Assembly: GCA_964016885.1 (NCBI GenBank)
Contig: CAXHJY010001669.1
Span: 124,001-188,000 of the forward strand
Direction: 5' to 3'
From: Eledone cirrhosa
Lineage: Eukaryota
DNA: 64,000 nt
The notes under the pieces are model-generated. The model was not told the origin of the DNA. It searched no databases and saw only the letters and a list, made by a program, of their open reading frames with translations. Numbering within the stretch: the first letter of the stretch is position 1; every line of letters starts with the position of its first letter. Below, piece after piece: positions 42,950 through 56,018 of this stretch. The translations under genes were made by a program, and so were the position numbers.

Positions 42950-45639
42950 CTAATGGATACAATTTGTACTACTAGAACCTTTAGGTTTATAATAAAAGTA
43001 AGAATTAGAAATAGCGTGGGGGCAAGAAGAGAATATCTCAGACTTTCTATTAAATAAGGATTCGCTAGAGAAAATTATAGAGTGTGTCTCGAGGATACAG
43101 AGATTACAAAATTTAGTATGTGTAGAAAGGTTATTAGAGCGTGCTACTAAACGCCAGTTAAGGCTATATGGTATATTAGCCCCCTTAAGATCCCAGATAT
43201 AATGTGCTAAAGAAGTAGAATTCTTAAACTTAACATGTTTGAAATTAGAGATATGAGAATTGAACCTAGTCTTAAAAGTGTTAGATGTAGAGCCTATATA
43301 AGTTCTATTAGAGGAATTAGTTATAACTACGCAAGCATAGACAATGTTCTTAGAGAGGCAGTTACCATTTAAAGGGCAGTTAGCACTCACTCTACAGTTA
43401 CACTTCCGGGTGCTATTGGTTGGCTCAAGTGGTGATGCATTACACGTAGGATTGCTATTAGATAAGGTCTGTTCTGGTGGTAAGGCATTTCCAGATCTGT
43501 TCAGACTAGTAGTATGTAGAGAGGAGAATCCATCCCTAATTTTCCTATTGTTAGTGCTAGCTAAATGAGAACTAATATTAGGGGTGGTAGAGAATGAAAG
43601 TTTAATAACATTTTTATTAAAAATATTATGGTATTTATGAGAAGGGGGGGACATTTTTCTCTAAGATAGAAAAGAAAGACCTAGGGATATTAGTTAATAC
43701 TTCCTGATTATATGGCGGGTTAAAATAAGTATTTAATCTCCTTCTATTTTTATTCTTACCGACTCTACCATTATCTAATATCCCACCATCAAGACTAGGG
43801 TTACTACAAGGATTAGTTAAAACCGCATTATTAGAATCAGCCAAAATTCCATTAAGTCTATTACTGTTTCTACCTCCAGTAGATCTGCTGCTGTCTGGAA
43901 TCCCATCAAAAGGATTAGGGCCAATAATAGGATCAGTAGAAGCAACATTATTAGAATAAGATCTAGCAAAATTATCACCAATGAGTGAGCGCTCAGAGGG
44001 TTCGACTAGTTTCCTAGAGGTATTATATTCACTATTACGAGTCCCGTGGGTTAACTTATGGATGGGTTCAGATACACCTATGTAATTTTTACGGTTATTA
44101 TGCTTCCTACTCCCATTCATGGCCATGTTATGTGATATTATGTTATTATTATTAAAAGTAAGCGGAGACTTTCTAAGGTTACTATTATTATAATGTATTT
44201 TACTAGAGTAATAGGAATTTGCTAGGGCATTATTATAGTACTCCGCATGTTCAATAAATGTTCCTACGTCCTTAGAGAGTGTGGAAATCCTATTAGATAC
44301 ACCCTTAATTATAGAGCTTATCATAGATTTGGGGTGGTTAGAATTGGGACTAACATAAGAAAGTATTTCATTAGGCTTATGGAAGGGTTTAAAACTATTA
44401 GTGACCAAGTCCAAAGTCACATCTAAAAAGTTAACCGCTCTATCATTTCTATCTATCGTGATCGAAAGGTTATAGCTTTTAAAAAACTTATAAAGCTTCT
44501 TCTTATTATGCTCGACATTGTTGGTGCTAGAGTTAATTACAAACAATGCATCATCGCGATATAGTCCGCCTATAAGGTGCGGGAAGGTAACATATAGTTC
44601 ATTAAGGAGGAACAACCCAACAAGATCAGTAACCTGGGCCGAATCACTCGAACCCATTGTAACGTCGAAATTATTGGGCGTGTTTTTACGGGTCCAAAAT
44701 GTGTCCTCAAATTTAATAATAGTTCTACGGGCTGCTAGTATAATATCTACCTGTGATCGTGTAAGGCTGGACACTCTCATGGCCAACATTAAAGCTTTAT
44801 TGAGGAGGATGGGTGAAATTGATGTGTAGTAGGCATCAATATCGAATTGGATAAACTTATTAGATTCAAGTCTATTAATCCCAGAGAACCAATCTATAAC
44901 TTCCTTAGTGTTCCCCCATAGGTTAAAATTAACTTTATCCCTAACATCTGGTATAATAAGGTCAAGGATTTTTTTTACTGATAATGGCTATATCGGACTT
45001 AGAAGGACAGATGAGTCTAACAGAGGGGTTACTAATAAAATCAACCTTATGATCCTTAAGAGTGAATCTCGGTTCTCGAGGGTAATATGGCTGGGTATAC
45101 TTATCGAGGCCGAGGTCAGAGACAATTTTAAGACCCTCACTATTGATGTGGTTCAAATTATCAAGCGTAGTTTTTTTATAATTTCTATGTAGCTCCTTAT
45201 AAATAAAGTCACGGTAAGCACTATAATCCATGGAGTATAGATTCTTAGTCTTATCCTCCGGGACAAGAATGGACTTATTCTCACCGAAACCCTTAACAAT
45301 ATTTTTAAGTCTAGACTGGAACTTATCAAATTTATTATAATTTCTATGTCTATTATTTGGCCTATACTTAATATTTTTGACAAGAGAGAGTAAGTCACTT
45401 TCAAAACTATCTAATAGAATATTATGTGGTGGGCTCTTATAAGTTTTGAAGCCATAGTTATTAAAATTTGTTCTATTCCTAGGGTCCTTCCTATTCTTAT
45501 TATTATCATAGTGGAAAGCACGCCATCTAATCCTTTTTACAAAGGAGTTAACACTAGCTATCAATAGTTTTTCGTAAGTATTCTTAGAGGGGGTGGGAAT
45601 ATTCTTCAGAGATAAAGGCAGGTAACTCTTTGTTAGCAT
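42950..45639 (-). CDS. PLE-C RT plus GIY-YIG polyprotein (about 895 aa if two homopolymer frameshifts are corrected)
   Basis: LSLKNIP, RIRWRA, DKTKNLY, IQFDI, TMGS, LYRDD, FLDVTLDL, SNHP; CNCRVSANCPLNGNCL..IVY..YIG; no in-frame stops apart from those caused by the two shifts. Confidence 0.85.
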
Positions 45640-45860
45640 ACTGTCAGATATATATATATAAAGGCCAAAATACCAGTATATATGAGGAAGCTCAACCAAT
45701 CGGGAGCAGTGACAAGGGTTAAAATACTGGAGCGTGTTGGAGTTAAACACCCTCTTCGTATTATAGAAATGACAGTAAAAGGTATAGCTCAATGTAATTA
45801 AACAGAGCCGAAGAATTATGAAAGTAAAACAAAGAAGCCTTCAATACATCAAAAGTCTTT

Positions 45861-45905
45861 ATTAGCCAACAATGTTTCGTCCTATTAAGGACTCATCAGG
45901 GCAAT
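45861..45905 (-). ncRNA. Hammerhead ribozyme (family 3)
   Basis: Same core, in the 5' pseudo-LTR. Confidence 0.88.
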
Positions 45906-46582
45906 CAAAACCACAAGAAGTATTATCGGCCAATACAAGCCGGAAACTCCGAAGAATATGGAGTGTACATACACTAAAGTATTGCAAGGTTATGGATAAA
46001 AATATATAATAAAAATCACTAAGGAGGTGTATAACATTTAGAACCATATTACAAATATAGTCCAAAGCAAAAAAAGCCTAGAGCTAAACAAAGGTGGTTA
46101 TATAGAGCAGGAATTATATATAATACAATATAATATAATATAATATACTTTCACCAATATTAAAATTACAATAAAAATCAAAAGGTACAATATACATATG
46201 TATATATGTACGCACAAGTACGCACATATACACATACATCAATACACATATCCATCTTCAACAGCACAAATTAAACCTTATTAAGAGTTTAAATATAAAT
46301 AAGCATGATAGGAATAAAGATAATAATAATAATAATAATAATACATATACCCAATATACATGAGGTAATAATATGATATTATTATATGTAGCACATATAA
46401 TATATAATAAACTATACAATTATATACTATATAATATAATATAATATAATAGATAATCTCCGGTTAATTTACACAAACAAAATAGATGTCACAATAATAC
46501 TATAATAATAATATAATAACATATATAATATACAATATTAGTTTCCGGCTTGTATTGGCCGATAATACTTCTCGTTGTTTTA

Positions 46583-46627
46583 ATTGCCCTGATGAGTCCT
46601 TAATAGGACGAAACATTGTTGGCTAAT
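46583..46627 (+). ncRNA. Hammerhead ribozyme (family 3)
   Basis: Same core, in the inverted tip. Confidence 0.88.
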
Positions 46628-47317
46628 AAAGACTTTTGATGTATTGAAGGCTTCTTTGTTTTACTTATATATATAAATATAAATTCAGCGAGAATCGCAT
46701 TTCGGCGGGTAGAAAAAGCGAAACGAAACGCAAAATCAGAGTTATGATATATATCAAAGGTATATTTTGAGTTAGGAACTCAAAATAGTCTCTTACAATA
46801 AGATAGCTCAAAGAAAGAGATTTTTCCGAACCGTATATTATAATTGAATATAAAGGAAAAACGAACACAGATATATACATATATATGTTCAAATCGTAAG
46901 GGACCAGATTCGCAAAGATGAAACGAATACTAACTATAGACAATAGGGTTTGGTTGTCTCAATTTAAGAAAAAATCAAGAAAATAAATACAAACCGGAAT
47001 TGTGGTAACTACCAATCACCCAGACAGCTCTTTGTGCTGTTTCGCAATATTAATTGTGAATAGAAATACCTATTCTTGCTCATCAGTGGGTGACAAATTA
47101 GTATCCTAGACACTTCTAAGTATATTAAGGAACAGAATAGTGTGCTATATATAATGACGCACATGGTATCTTAGCGTGTCTCACAAACTTACACCACTAA
47201 AAATAGCAGCCAGGTTAGTTAGTATTCTTTTCTATAGTTCGTATTCTTTTCACCTTAGCGAATCTAGTCCCTTACGATTTGAACACATATATGTATATAT
47301 CTGTGTTCGTTTTTCCT

Positions 47318-47359
<42 letters not shown>

Positions 47360-47370
47360 ATATATATATA

Positions 47371-47487
47371 TGAAGTATGGAGTTGTGTTTTGTGGTGATG
47401 GTGGTGGTGGAGTTGTCGATCCGGTATATATATTTTTGTCCCTCACAACTCCACCACCACCACCACAAAACACAACTCCATACTTCA
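47371..47487. repeat. Hairpin-forming inverted repeat (about 45-bp arms, 28-nt spacer) next to (TA)n
   Basis: TGAAGTATGGAGTTGTGTTTTGTGGTG... is mirrored. Confidence 0.85.
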
Positions 47488-47831
47488 TCAACACCGACAA
47501 AACATACCTCCACTCCCCAACCAACAATAGTGTGTGTCTGTGTGTAAGTATTTTACTCATACGGGCGTTTTAAGTGTGCGTGCGTGTACGCAAATTTATC
47601 TGTATGTGTGTGTGTATGTGAACACATGTGTATGCATATGTCTATGTGTGTATATATATCTGGATATATATATATATATGTGTATGTGTGTGTATATATG
47701 TATGTGTATGTATGTGTGTGTATGTGTACGTCTACATATATGTATATGGGTAGATATGACTGTATGTGTAGGTGAGCTCATATATGTGCATGTATGTGTA
47801 TATGTGCGTGTATGTGTGTGTTCTCGGTACA

Positions 47832-47885
<54 letters not shown>

Positions 47886-48912
47886 AGTATACGTGTGTGC
47901 GAGTGTGTATGTGTATATCTTGCATACATGAGTGTGAGTCCATGTGCCCATACCCCTGTGTATGTATGTGTATGTATATATGTAAAACACCTTCTACATC
48001 GCCTCTCACCTCCCCCCCCCATCTCTGTCGTTCGCCACCCCCACCGATACTCCCCCACTCTCCATATTCGTGTCCGCATGCGCGCATGCACATACATGTG
48101 TGTACATATACATATGGCTGTGTGTGAGCGTATGCCGATATGTGTGTATGTGTTTTATGTTGTGTGTGTTTATGCAACAATATATGTGCACATATATACA
48201 TATATGTGTGTACGTATACGTATATACAGGGTATCTGTCAGACGAAGAGCGCCTAACTATGTATCTATGTAACCTCCTAACGCCACCAATACATCCACCA
48301 CACCACCACAAACGCCGCTACCATAGACAAAGACACCACTACCACACACCCACCCACACGCCAACCCGTCTACTGAAAATCCACTAACCTCATACCACAG
48401 CCCATCTCACTAAATAACCTTAACCACCACCATATCATCACATCCACCCCTACATACTCTACACACCAAGGCCAACCCACCACCACCACACCACAGCCCA
48501 CCTCATCCACAGACCGTCACCAACATCTCACCATCACACCCGCCCCCATATACACTACAGGCCAGTACATCGCCTTGATCCTTCTCACCAATCAAAACAC
48601 CTCATTTTGTCAAACTCTTGAAACTCTGACTTTACCACATAGCATGTATTTCATTTTCTTATAGCATTTTAAGAGGGTTCGTCGAGCTGCCGATTATTGA
48701 GTCGGGTAGGATCGATATAGATCGAACCTTGAGCTGATCAGTGGCGAAACGCGCGTCACCTATCAATAAATGCAATGAAGGAATAATCAATCGTCCTTTT
48801 TATCCTTTCTATATTTTACACTCTGTATAGCTCTACACATCATCACAGAAGTGAACCTAAACATCCAGTGCTCACCCGGGTGAACCTGCAGTAACTCCTA
48901 GTTACACCCACT

Positions 48913-48957
<45 letters not shown>

Positions 48958-49263
48958 GATCCGAAGGCATGGTATAAATTTCCAATCATTTTAATCACGA
49001 CACATGTTTCAATAAGAGATAGATCGATCGTGTAGCCATGATCGATTATCACTGATCTCGTCAGGTGAAAATGAATTGTCTTCAAATCCTTGATATGAGG
49101 GAGAAAATTAACGGTGTTCACTCACAGAGTTTAGTCCCTCATATGAAGATCAAGCAGTCAGAACACGGCGACTGCTATCGTCCTCAGTTAGGGTCATAAA
49201 ACTATCAAGTCTCCCAATAGCTGTAAATGACACTGGATATCAATCAAATCTGTAGAATTACAT

Positions 49264-49323
49264 TGTGATTGAGGGATTGAGTGTGATTGAGGGATTGAGT
49301 GTGATTGAGGGATTGAGTGTGAT
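49264..49323. repeat. 18-bp tandem repeat TGTGATTGAGGGATTGAG, about 3 copies
   Basis: Direct reading of sequence. Confidence 0.9.
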
Positions 49324-50051
49324 AGACGGATAGATACCACTATAGTAACTAATTATAGAGCAAGTGATGCTTTGCCGTCGATAATCCAAGCTTGTGCTCA
49401 ACCGCTGTTGCCGGCTTGCGTGTTTGTTACTCGACACACTTTTCGTAAGCCGAGAAGTTTTAAGTTCGGGAAAAAAATTCTTCGTATTCGATTTGTTCGT
49501 GATGGGAGGCGTTCGTGAACCGAGGTTGACTATATATATATATATATATATGAATGTTAGCGGAAATTATAATATTTCCTTTGTTTAACACTTCGAATCT
49601 ACCCGCCAAAACAGAGGGTTGCTTCCCTTGTTGGAAACAACACGTGATAACTAAATGTGCGTTCAGCTCGCTCATAGCGGCAGCATTTAGAATCCACTTC
49701 GCTTTTGGACAGAACGCAACTCCTGTTGATGAAATGAATCCTCTGTTCGTCATGGAATACCACGAGCGTGCCTGTTACGTAAGTCGGACATTTGATTTCG
49801 GATTCACAGAAACACTTTAAACGTATATCGTTTAATTTGTCCAGGTGTATCTTTTTTAATCTGTTAGTTTTTTCATTGCTCTGGTATTGTGTGTTAGGTT
49901 TTGCCTACCACAATGTTCAATTTGTCAAGCTATTTAAACGTATGTTGTTACTCTAAGGGCCTACCCTTATTGAGTGCTTTGCTAACTCATTCATATTGTA
50001 GGTCGACTTTGCTTGCCCACAGCCAAAGCTTCGATTTTACTAAGCTTCCAC

Positions 50052-50163
<112 letters not shown>

Positions 50164-50386
50164 AAATGATTAAGTCAAACATGTAAAATTTGGCTTCGTT
50201 TATTATAAATTATAGATATACTGCTATATATATTTCGGCAACAGCCATCATTGGCTGTGACCTTTTCAGGCAGTCCGAATTGGTGTGGAAAAGACAGGTA
50301 CACATGTTGTTGAAGTGTGTTTTACTCCGTCAATACATCGATATGTCCAGCTCCTGATTGTGTTGTTATTCCTCTGAGGAACTGGA

Positions 50387-50464
<78 letters not shown>

Positions 50465-50465
<1 letters not shown>

Positions 50466-51660
50466 CAGGATGATTCTTAACATGATCAGCTCGAGATGGA
50501 GAAGAAGCTCAGGGACAACTTCAGAGAGGGAAGATCAACCACCAGTCACATCTTGATGCTGAGGAGGATATTAGAGGGAGCAGTCATGGTTTTCATTGAC
50601 TTTAGGAAGGCCTTTGATTCTGTGAGCCGTCACTGCCTGATGAAGATCTTACAGGCTTATGGAATCCCCAAGAAAATAGTGGAACTGATATCACTGCTCT
50701 ACTCCAACACCAGAGCCCAAGTTATTACACTTGATGGGATGACAGAGTTCTTTGAGATACTAGCTGGAGTGCTCCAGGGAGATACATTGGCTCCCTACCT
50801 TTTTGTCATCGCAGCGGACTATTATATGCGCCTTGCACTGGAGAAACACCAGGACTCTGGCTTTACTGTAGCACTGGCTCAGAACAGGAGAGTTAAGGCT
50901 AAAAAGATATCTTATGCTGAATTTTGTGACAACATAGTTCTGGTGACAAACACAGTGAAGGAGGCAGAGGAGTTGATGCAGGAGGTAGAGACTGTGTTGA
51001 TGAGTGTGGGGCTGAGAATGAATGAGATTAAGACGAAGTATCTGGTAGAGAACATTAAGAAGCCAGAGAAGATTATGAATGTAGGCGGGAAGCCACTAGA
51101 GTTGGTTGAGGACTTCCTGTATCTGGGAGCGAGGATTGGGAACACAGAGGATGATGTGGTTTAGAGGAAGGACAAAGCCTGGGCGGTGTGCCACAGCTTG
51201 AGATCGGTGTGGAAGTCGGATCTTCGTAAAGACCTAAAGATCCGTCTCTTTGTTGCTGTAATGAAGTCTGTGCTGCTGTACGGGTCTAAGACTTGGACAC
51301 TGACTAAGAAACTCACTCAGATGATGGATGGGTGCTACACGAGAATGCTGAACATGGCTCTGAACATTAATCAGTATACACCGAGGATGAAGAACTCAGA
51401 GCTGTACGGGAGCCTCCCAAAAGTCAGCTCGAGAGTAGCACAGAGGAGACTGAGGTTAGCTGGACATGATCACCGATATCCAGAGTTGACACTGCACTCA
51501 GTGCTCCTGTGGGAGCCCCTGCATGGACACACTGGAAGAGGTTGACATATGTTGCTGCCCTAAGGACAGACACTGATCTCTTGGAGACGCAGGACATGGC
51601 ATGATGAAGGACAGAGACCGCTGGAGAGAACTCGTCCATGGATCTCAGGAATTTTACCCG
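50465..51660 (+). pseudogene. RTE-clade LINE RT and 3' end, flanked by (TA)n
   Basis: FIDFRKAFDSV, GVLQGDTLAPYLF, DFLYLG, VLLYGSKTW, RRLRLAGH; catalytic ADD decayed to CDN. Confidence 0.9.
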
Positions 51661-51703
<43 letters not shown>

Positions 51704-51715
51704 AAAGTCTGTCTT

Positions 51716-51940
51716 AAGCTAGAAGGCTCATTTGGCCGGTGCTTATCCCGGTTTCATGGCGCCAGTCCATCGCAGGGTTAACCCCCCAGCTATTGCTGGT
51801 ACTCATTTTCAGCTGAGTATACTGGAACAACGTAAAATGAAGTGTTTTGCTCAAGAAGACAATACGCAACCCAGCAATCGAACCCACGACATTATGATTG
51901 TAAGTCCAACACCCTTGCCACTAGGCCACGGGCCTCCACC
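51716..51940 (-). mobile_element. tRNA-derived SINE with Deu/Nin-like domain (related relic at 26030-26200)
   Basis: A box TGGCCTAGTGG, B box GGTTCGATT, AACCCTGCGATGGACTGG core. Confidence 0.75.
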
Positions 51941-52026
51941 TATATATATATATATACACACACATACAAGCATACATATATATACACCACATAGCATACT
52001 CATATATTCCTTTCTCTCTTCCATTC

Positions 52027-52112
<86 letters not shown>

Positions 52113-52503
52113 ATAGAACGTTGGGCGGGCAATTGCTTTGAATGTGTTGATGCTTTGTTGTATTTGTTCCGGCTCTTTACGTTCTGAGTTCAAATCCTGC
52201 AGAGGCCAACTTTGCATTTCATCCTTCCAGCGTTGATAAAAGTAAGTACTAGTTGAGTATTGAGGTCGATTCTATCGACTACCCGCTCCCACCTTGTCCT
52301 CTAAAGTTGCTGGCCTTGTGCCTAAATTAAAAAAAATTACTAATATTGGTGGTGAATTGGCAGAACCGTTAGAGCGTCTGTCTAAATGTTCTACCCATTT
52401 TTGTTCCGATATTAGCTTCGCCTTTCATCGTTAGGGGTCGATAAAATAAAGTACCAGCAATGCACTAGTGTCCCACAACCAACAGATGTGTATATATGTA
52501 TAG

Positions 52504-52617
<114 letters not shown>

Positions 52618-52926
52618 TTTCTACGACTCAATGTATTTCTTTGTTCTACACGTTGGACTACAATCTTTATTATTCTCTTCTTTTTTACTATTTCTCCCCT
52701 TTCTATATATTTTTCTCTTTGGGCTAACCCCTTGCACACTCTATATTTGTGTAATAGCTTGTCTCTACCTGTTTTGTTGTGTCCTAGTGTGGACTGGAAT
52801 GAATGGCATAAATATAAATTGACCGAAACTATTGTGATTTCCAGAGGTTGACTGAGGACATGGGACTATCCACCTTTCCATTGTTTTTTTCCATTGTCTT
52901 TGTCCTGTGCACCCCCATGTATATAT

Positions 52927-52977
<51 letters not shown>

Positions 52978-53114
52978 CATTTACATATATGTATTCATAC
53001 ATATATAAATGCATGTATACATATATATATATACATATATGCATATTTATACACATATACATACATCATATATATATTATATAAATGTACACACACATAC
53101 ACACACACACACAA

Positions 53115-53147
<33 letters not shown>

Positions 53148-53569
53148 CAATATATTAATAAATGGAAACTATATTTATAAAACCATATTTATTTTATTAT
53201 ACATATTTCAAGGGTAACCAAAGCAAATTATGGTGCGCTTTCATAAAATACAGATTTGTTTTATAAATAAATATTGGAAAAAAGACAACCTTAACGGTTG
53301 GAGCTTCCTGGACTATCCGTTAAGATTGTCTTTTTTCCGGGTATGTCAATATTTATTTATAAAACAAATCTGTATTTTATCTGATGAAAGCGCACCATAA
53401 TTTGCCTTGGTTGCCCTTCAAATATGTATAATAAAATAAATATGGTTTTATAAATATAGTTTCCATTTATTAATATATTGTGTATTTACTCCACTAACTT
53501 ATTGAGTGCTTTATATCAGTTATAAAAATGTTTAAGCTTGTTGAATCCCAACAAATTAAGTATAACTTC

Positions 53570-53572
<3 letters not shown>
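53148..53572. mobile_element. Short head-to-head pair of family-2 PLE ends with two mutated hammerheads
   Basis: Inverted repeat 53148-53297 / 53317-53480; left copy lacks CTGAT, right copy (53373-53438) has CAAA for GAAA; (TA)n on both sides. Confidence 0.88.
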
Positions 53573-53628
<56 letters not shown>

Positions 53629-53779
53629 ATAATAATAAATTTGAAGACTAAAATCCTCCGGTTGCAACGTTTTTTGAAATATCCACTTCTGCGTTTACAG
53701 ATTGACTTTGTTAGTTTCAGAAGATCCCGTTAAGGGTGAAAGCAGCGATTCTTTGCTTAAACTTTAATCTGTTATTTTA

Positions 53780-53819
<40 letters not shown>

Positions 53820-54072
53820 GAAAAAATAGAAATTATTGTGAGCAAGAAGCCAACAGTATTTCATAATATATAAGTGACTATAACGACAAAATGGAAAATA
53901 ATTAACGTAAGATATGGGAAAATAATTCAAACTCAATTCAATATATATATAGAGAGAGAGAGAGAAAGAGAGAGATGAGAGAAAAAAAGAGAGAGGGAAG
54001 GAGGGGGTTTTCTAAATCGATAAATAGGTGCAAAAACATCCGGCCATATGTATGTGTGTGTGACAAAACCTA

Positions 54073-54177
<105 letters not shown>

Positions 54178-54988
54178 GGTGGATGTTGGAGATGATTACG
54201 TGTACGATAGAGAGAATGGGAGAACGAAATGGAATGAAAGAAAGAGAATGAAAGAAATAGACAGAAAGAAAGACAAAGACATATATAGTGAGACAGAGGT
54301 CATAGTACCGACAGTGTGTGGCAGAAAGAAAGAAAACGGATAGATATATACATTGAAAACGAATGAGTGACAGGCGAGAAAGACAGTGAGAGAGAGGGAG
54401 AACAGTGTGTGAGAGCGAGAGAGAGGGGGTGTCAGTGTATGTGAGAGAGAAAGAGAGAGAGACAGTCAGTGTGAGAGAGCAGAAACGGGGAGATGGAGAC
54501 AGGCATGCAGTGAGTGAAAGAGAAAAAGAGCGACAGGCAGCGAGAGAGAGAGAAAAAGAGCGACAGGCAGCGAGAGAGAGAGAGACAACAGCCAAGTCAA
54601 GGCGGACAACTATTATCGTTTGGGCCAGAGGGCGTTGCAATCGCTTGACCCAGTCGACACAGTTTTATATCCGAGTCAAACGATAGCTATACTAAAATTA
54701 TTAATTGGCCGTCTGGTGGCGCTGCTTTCTCTCAGTTTGCCTGTCGTCCTGCCGAGCTAGCAGTCTGTCGGTATTTAGTGACTCGTTTGTCTAATATAAA
54801 TGTAATTGTTTGTATATTTGTTATTAGAAAACAATAACCGGCTGATATAAAAGCAGTCAGATTTAATGATATCTTGAGCGAACCCAGTAAATTCGATAGC
54901 AATAAATGTTTGATAACACTATCCGTGGTTACAACAAACGGCTGCCATTGTATACGCGTACACACACACACACACACACACATCACAC

Positions 54989-55029
<41 letters not shown>

Positions 55030-55393
55030 TACAGAGAGAGAGAGAGAGTTAATAAAGGAAACAAAACAAATATACAGAGATGCAAAAGTACACAGTTATA
55101 TTAGGTTCTCGCTTGGAAGAAATGGAGGAGGGTTCGATGATACTGACAGAAGTCTTTCATCAGAAAAGTTCGAAAAAGGAGGAAACAGGTAGGTGTATGA
55201 AAATAGTGTGTGGAAGTTAGGAAAGGAAGTTATCTACACGTATTTGGTTGGCGTCTGGGAGAAAGGAGTACTCAATACCAAAATTGAGTGTTAATATTCA
55301 TTTTATTAAGGCTGAATAGTAAGTGTTGTTACACTGGAGTTTCGCTTGTTTATCATAGGGTCATCAAATAAGAACAGTTCTTTGATATACACC

Positions 55394-55796
55394 TATAACG
55401 GGTTTTAGGGTCAATTCTTAATATACATAATAGAGATCAGAAGGCATTTAGAACATTGACTAAATCCATTATCGATGTTGTAACTCTATTTATTAGTCGT
55501 ACATGTTGAACGGATACATTAGGTACAGGTCGTATCTACATGTGTAGGATGTAGCTTGGTCCGCTTCATTGCAAGATGGAGATGTTGTTAGCAGCGATGA
55601 GTGTAGCCTGGTCTTGTCGATAAGAGAGGTGCGTGTAGACTAATGACTCTCTTGGTCACCTCCGCTCACACTGGTGACGTAGTTCTGGACAGTCGAATTA
55701 GTGCGCCGAAGGTTTTGATTGGCTCACACTTCAGCCAACTTACCTCCGTAACACCATTCCTCCGCAGAAGGAAAATACATTTTATTCACTGCTACA
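55394..55796 (-). repeat. 3' LTR
   Basis: Appears identical to 60747-61149. Confidence 0.97.
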
Positions 55797-56018
55797 TCAC
55801 CCCCTGCTTAGGCTTACAGCCGATAGAGAAATAAGGGTAGCAGTTGAATGAAAGAAAAAGTACTATATAATAGTAAACACAATAAAATATATCACTGATA
55901 AAGAAATGTTCATATTACAGGAAAGTCAGAAATAGTGTAATGTTCACCTTAGTTCATACATTTAATACAAATACAAGGGCGGAGCAAACTCCAAGAAGAT
56001 TGCTGTAAATAACATAGT

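Larger units (their letters stand above)
41021..46665 (-). mobile_element. PLE-C (Naiad-like), full length: 3' pseudo-LTR, ORF, 5' pseudo-LTR (45713-46538) and inverted tip (46541-46665)
   Basis: Direct repeats flank the ORF; inverted 5' segment; three hammerhead copies. Confidence 0.95.

Noticed and set aside
48690-48770. GAAACGCGCGTC followed by AATAAA, resembling a hammerhead 3' half
   Set aside because: No CUGANGA or clean stem II upstream; at most a decayed PLE end
49390-49860. Tigger/pogo end and CENP-B-like HTH relic
   Set aside because: Only vague similarity (CGAGGTTGACTATA end, LNDI..FCE..VTGTL); too decayed to support
51860-51940. tRNA gene
   Set aside because: The A and B boxes belong to a SINE head; no cloverleaf or acceptor stem
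55320-55372. Hammerhead remnant on minus (TTGATGA...GAAACTCCAGTGTA)
   Set aside because: Core and stems II and III are decayed
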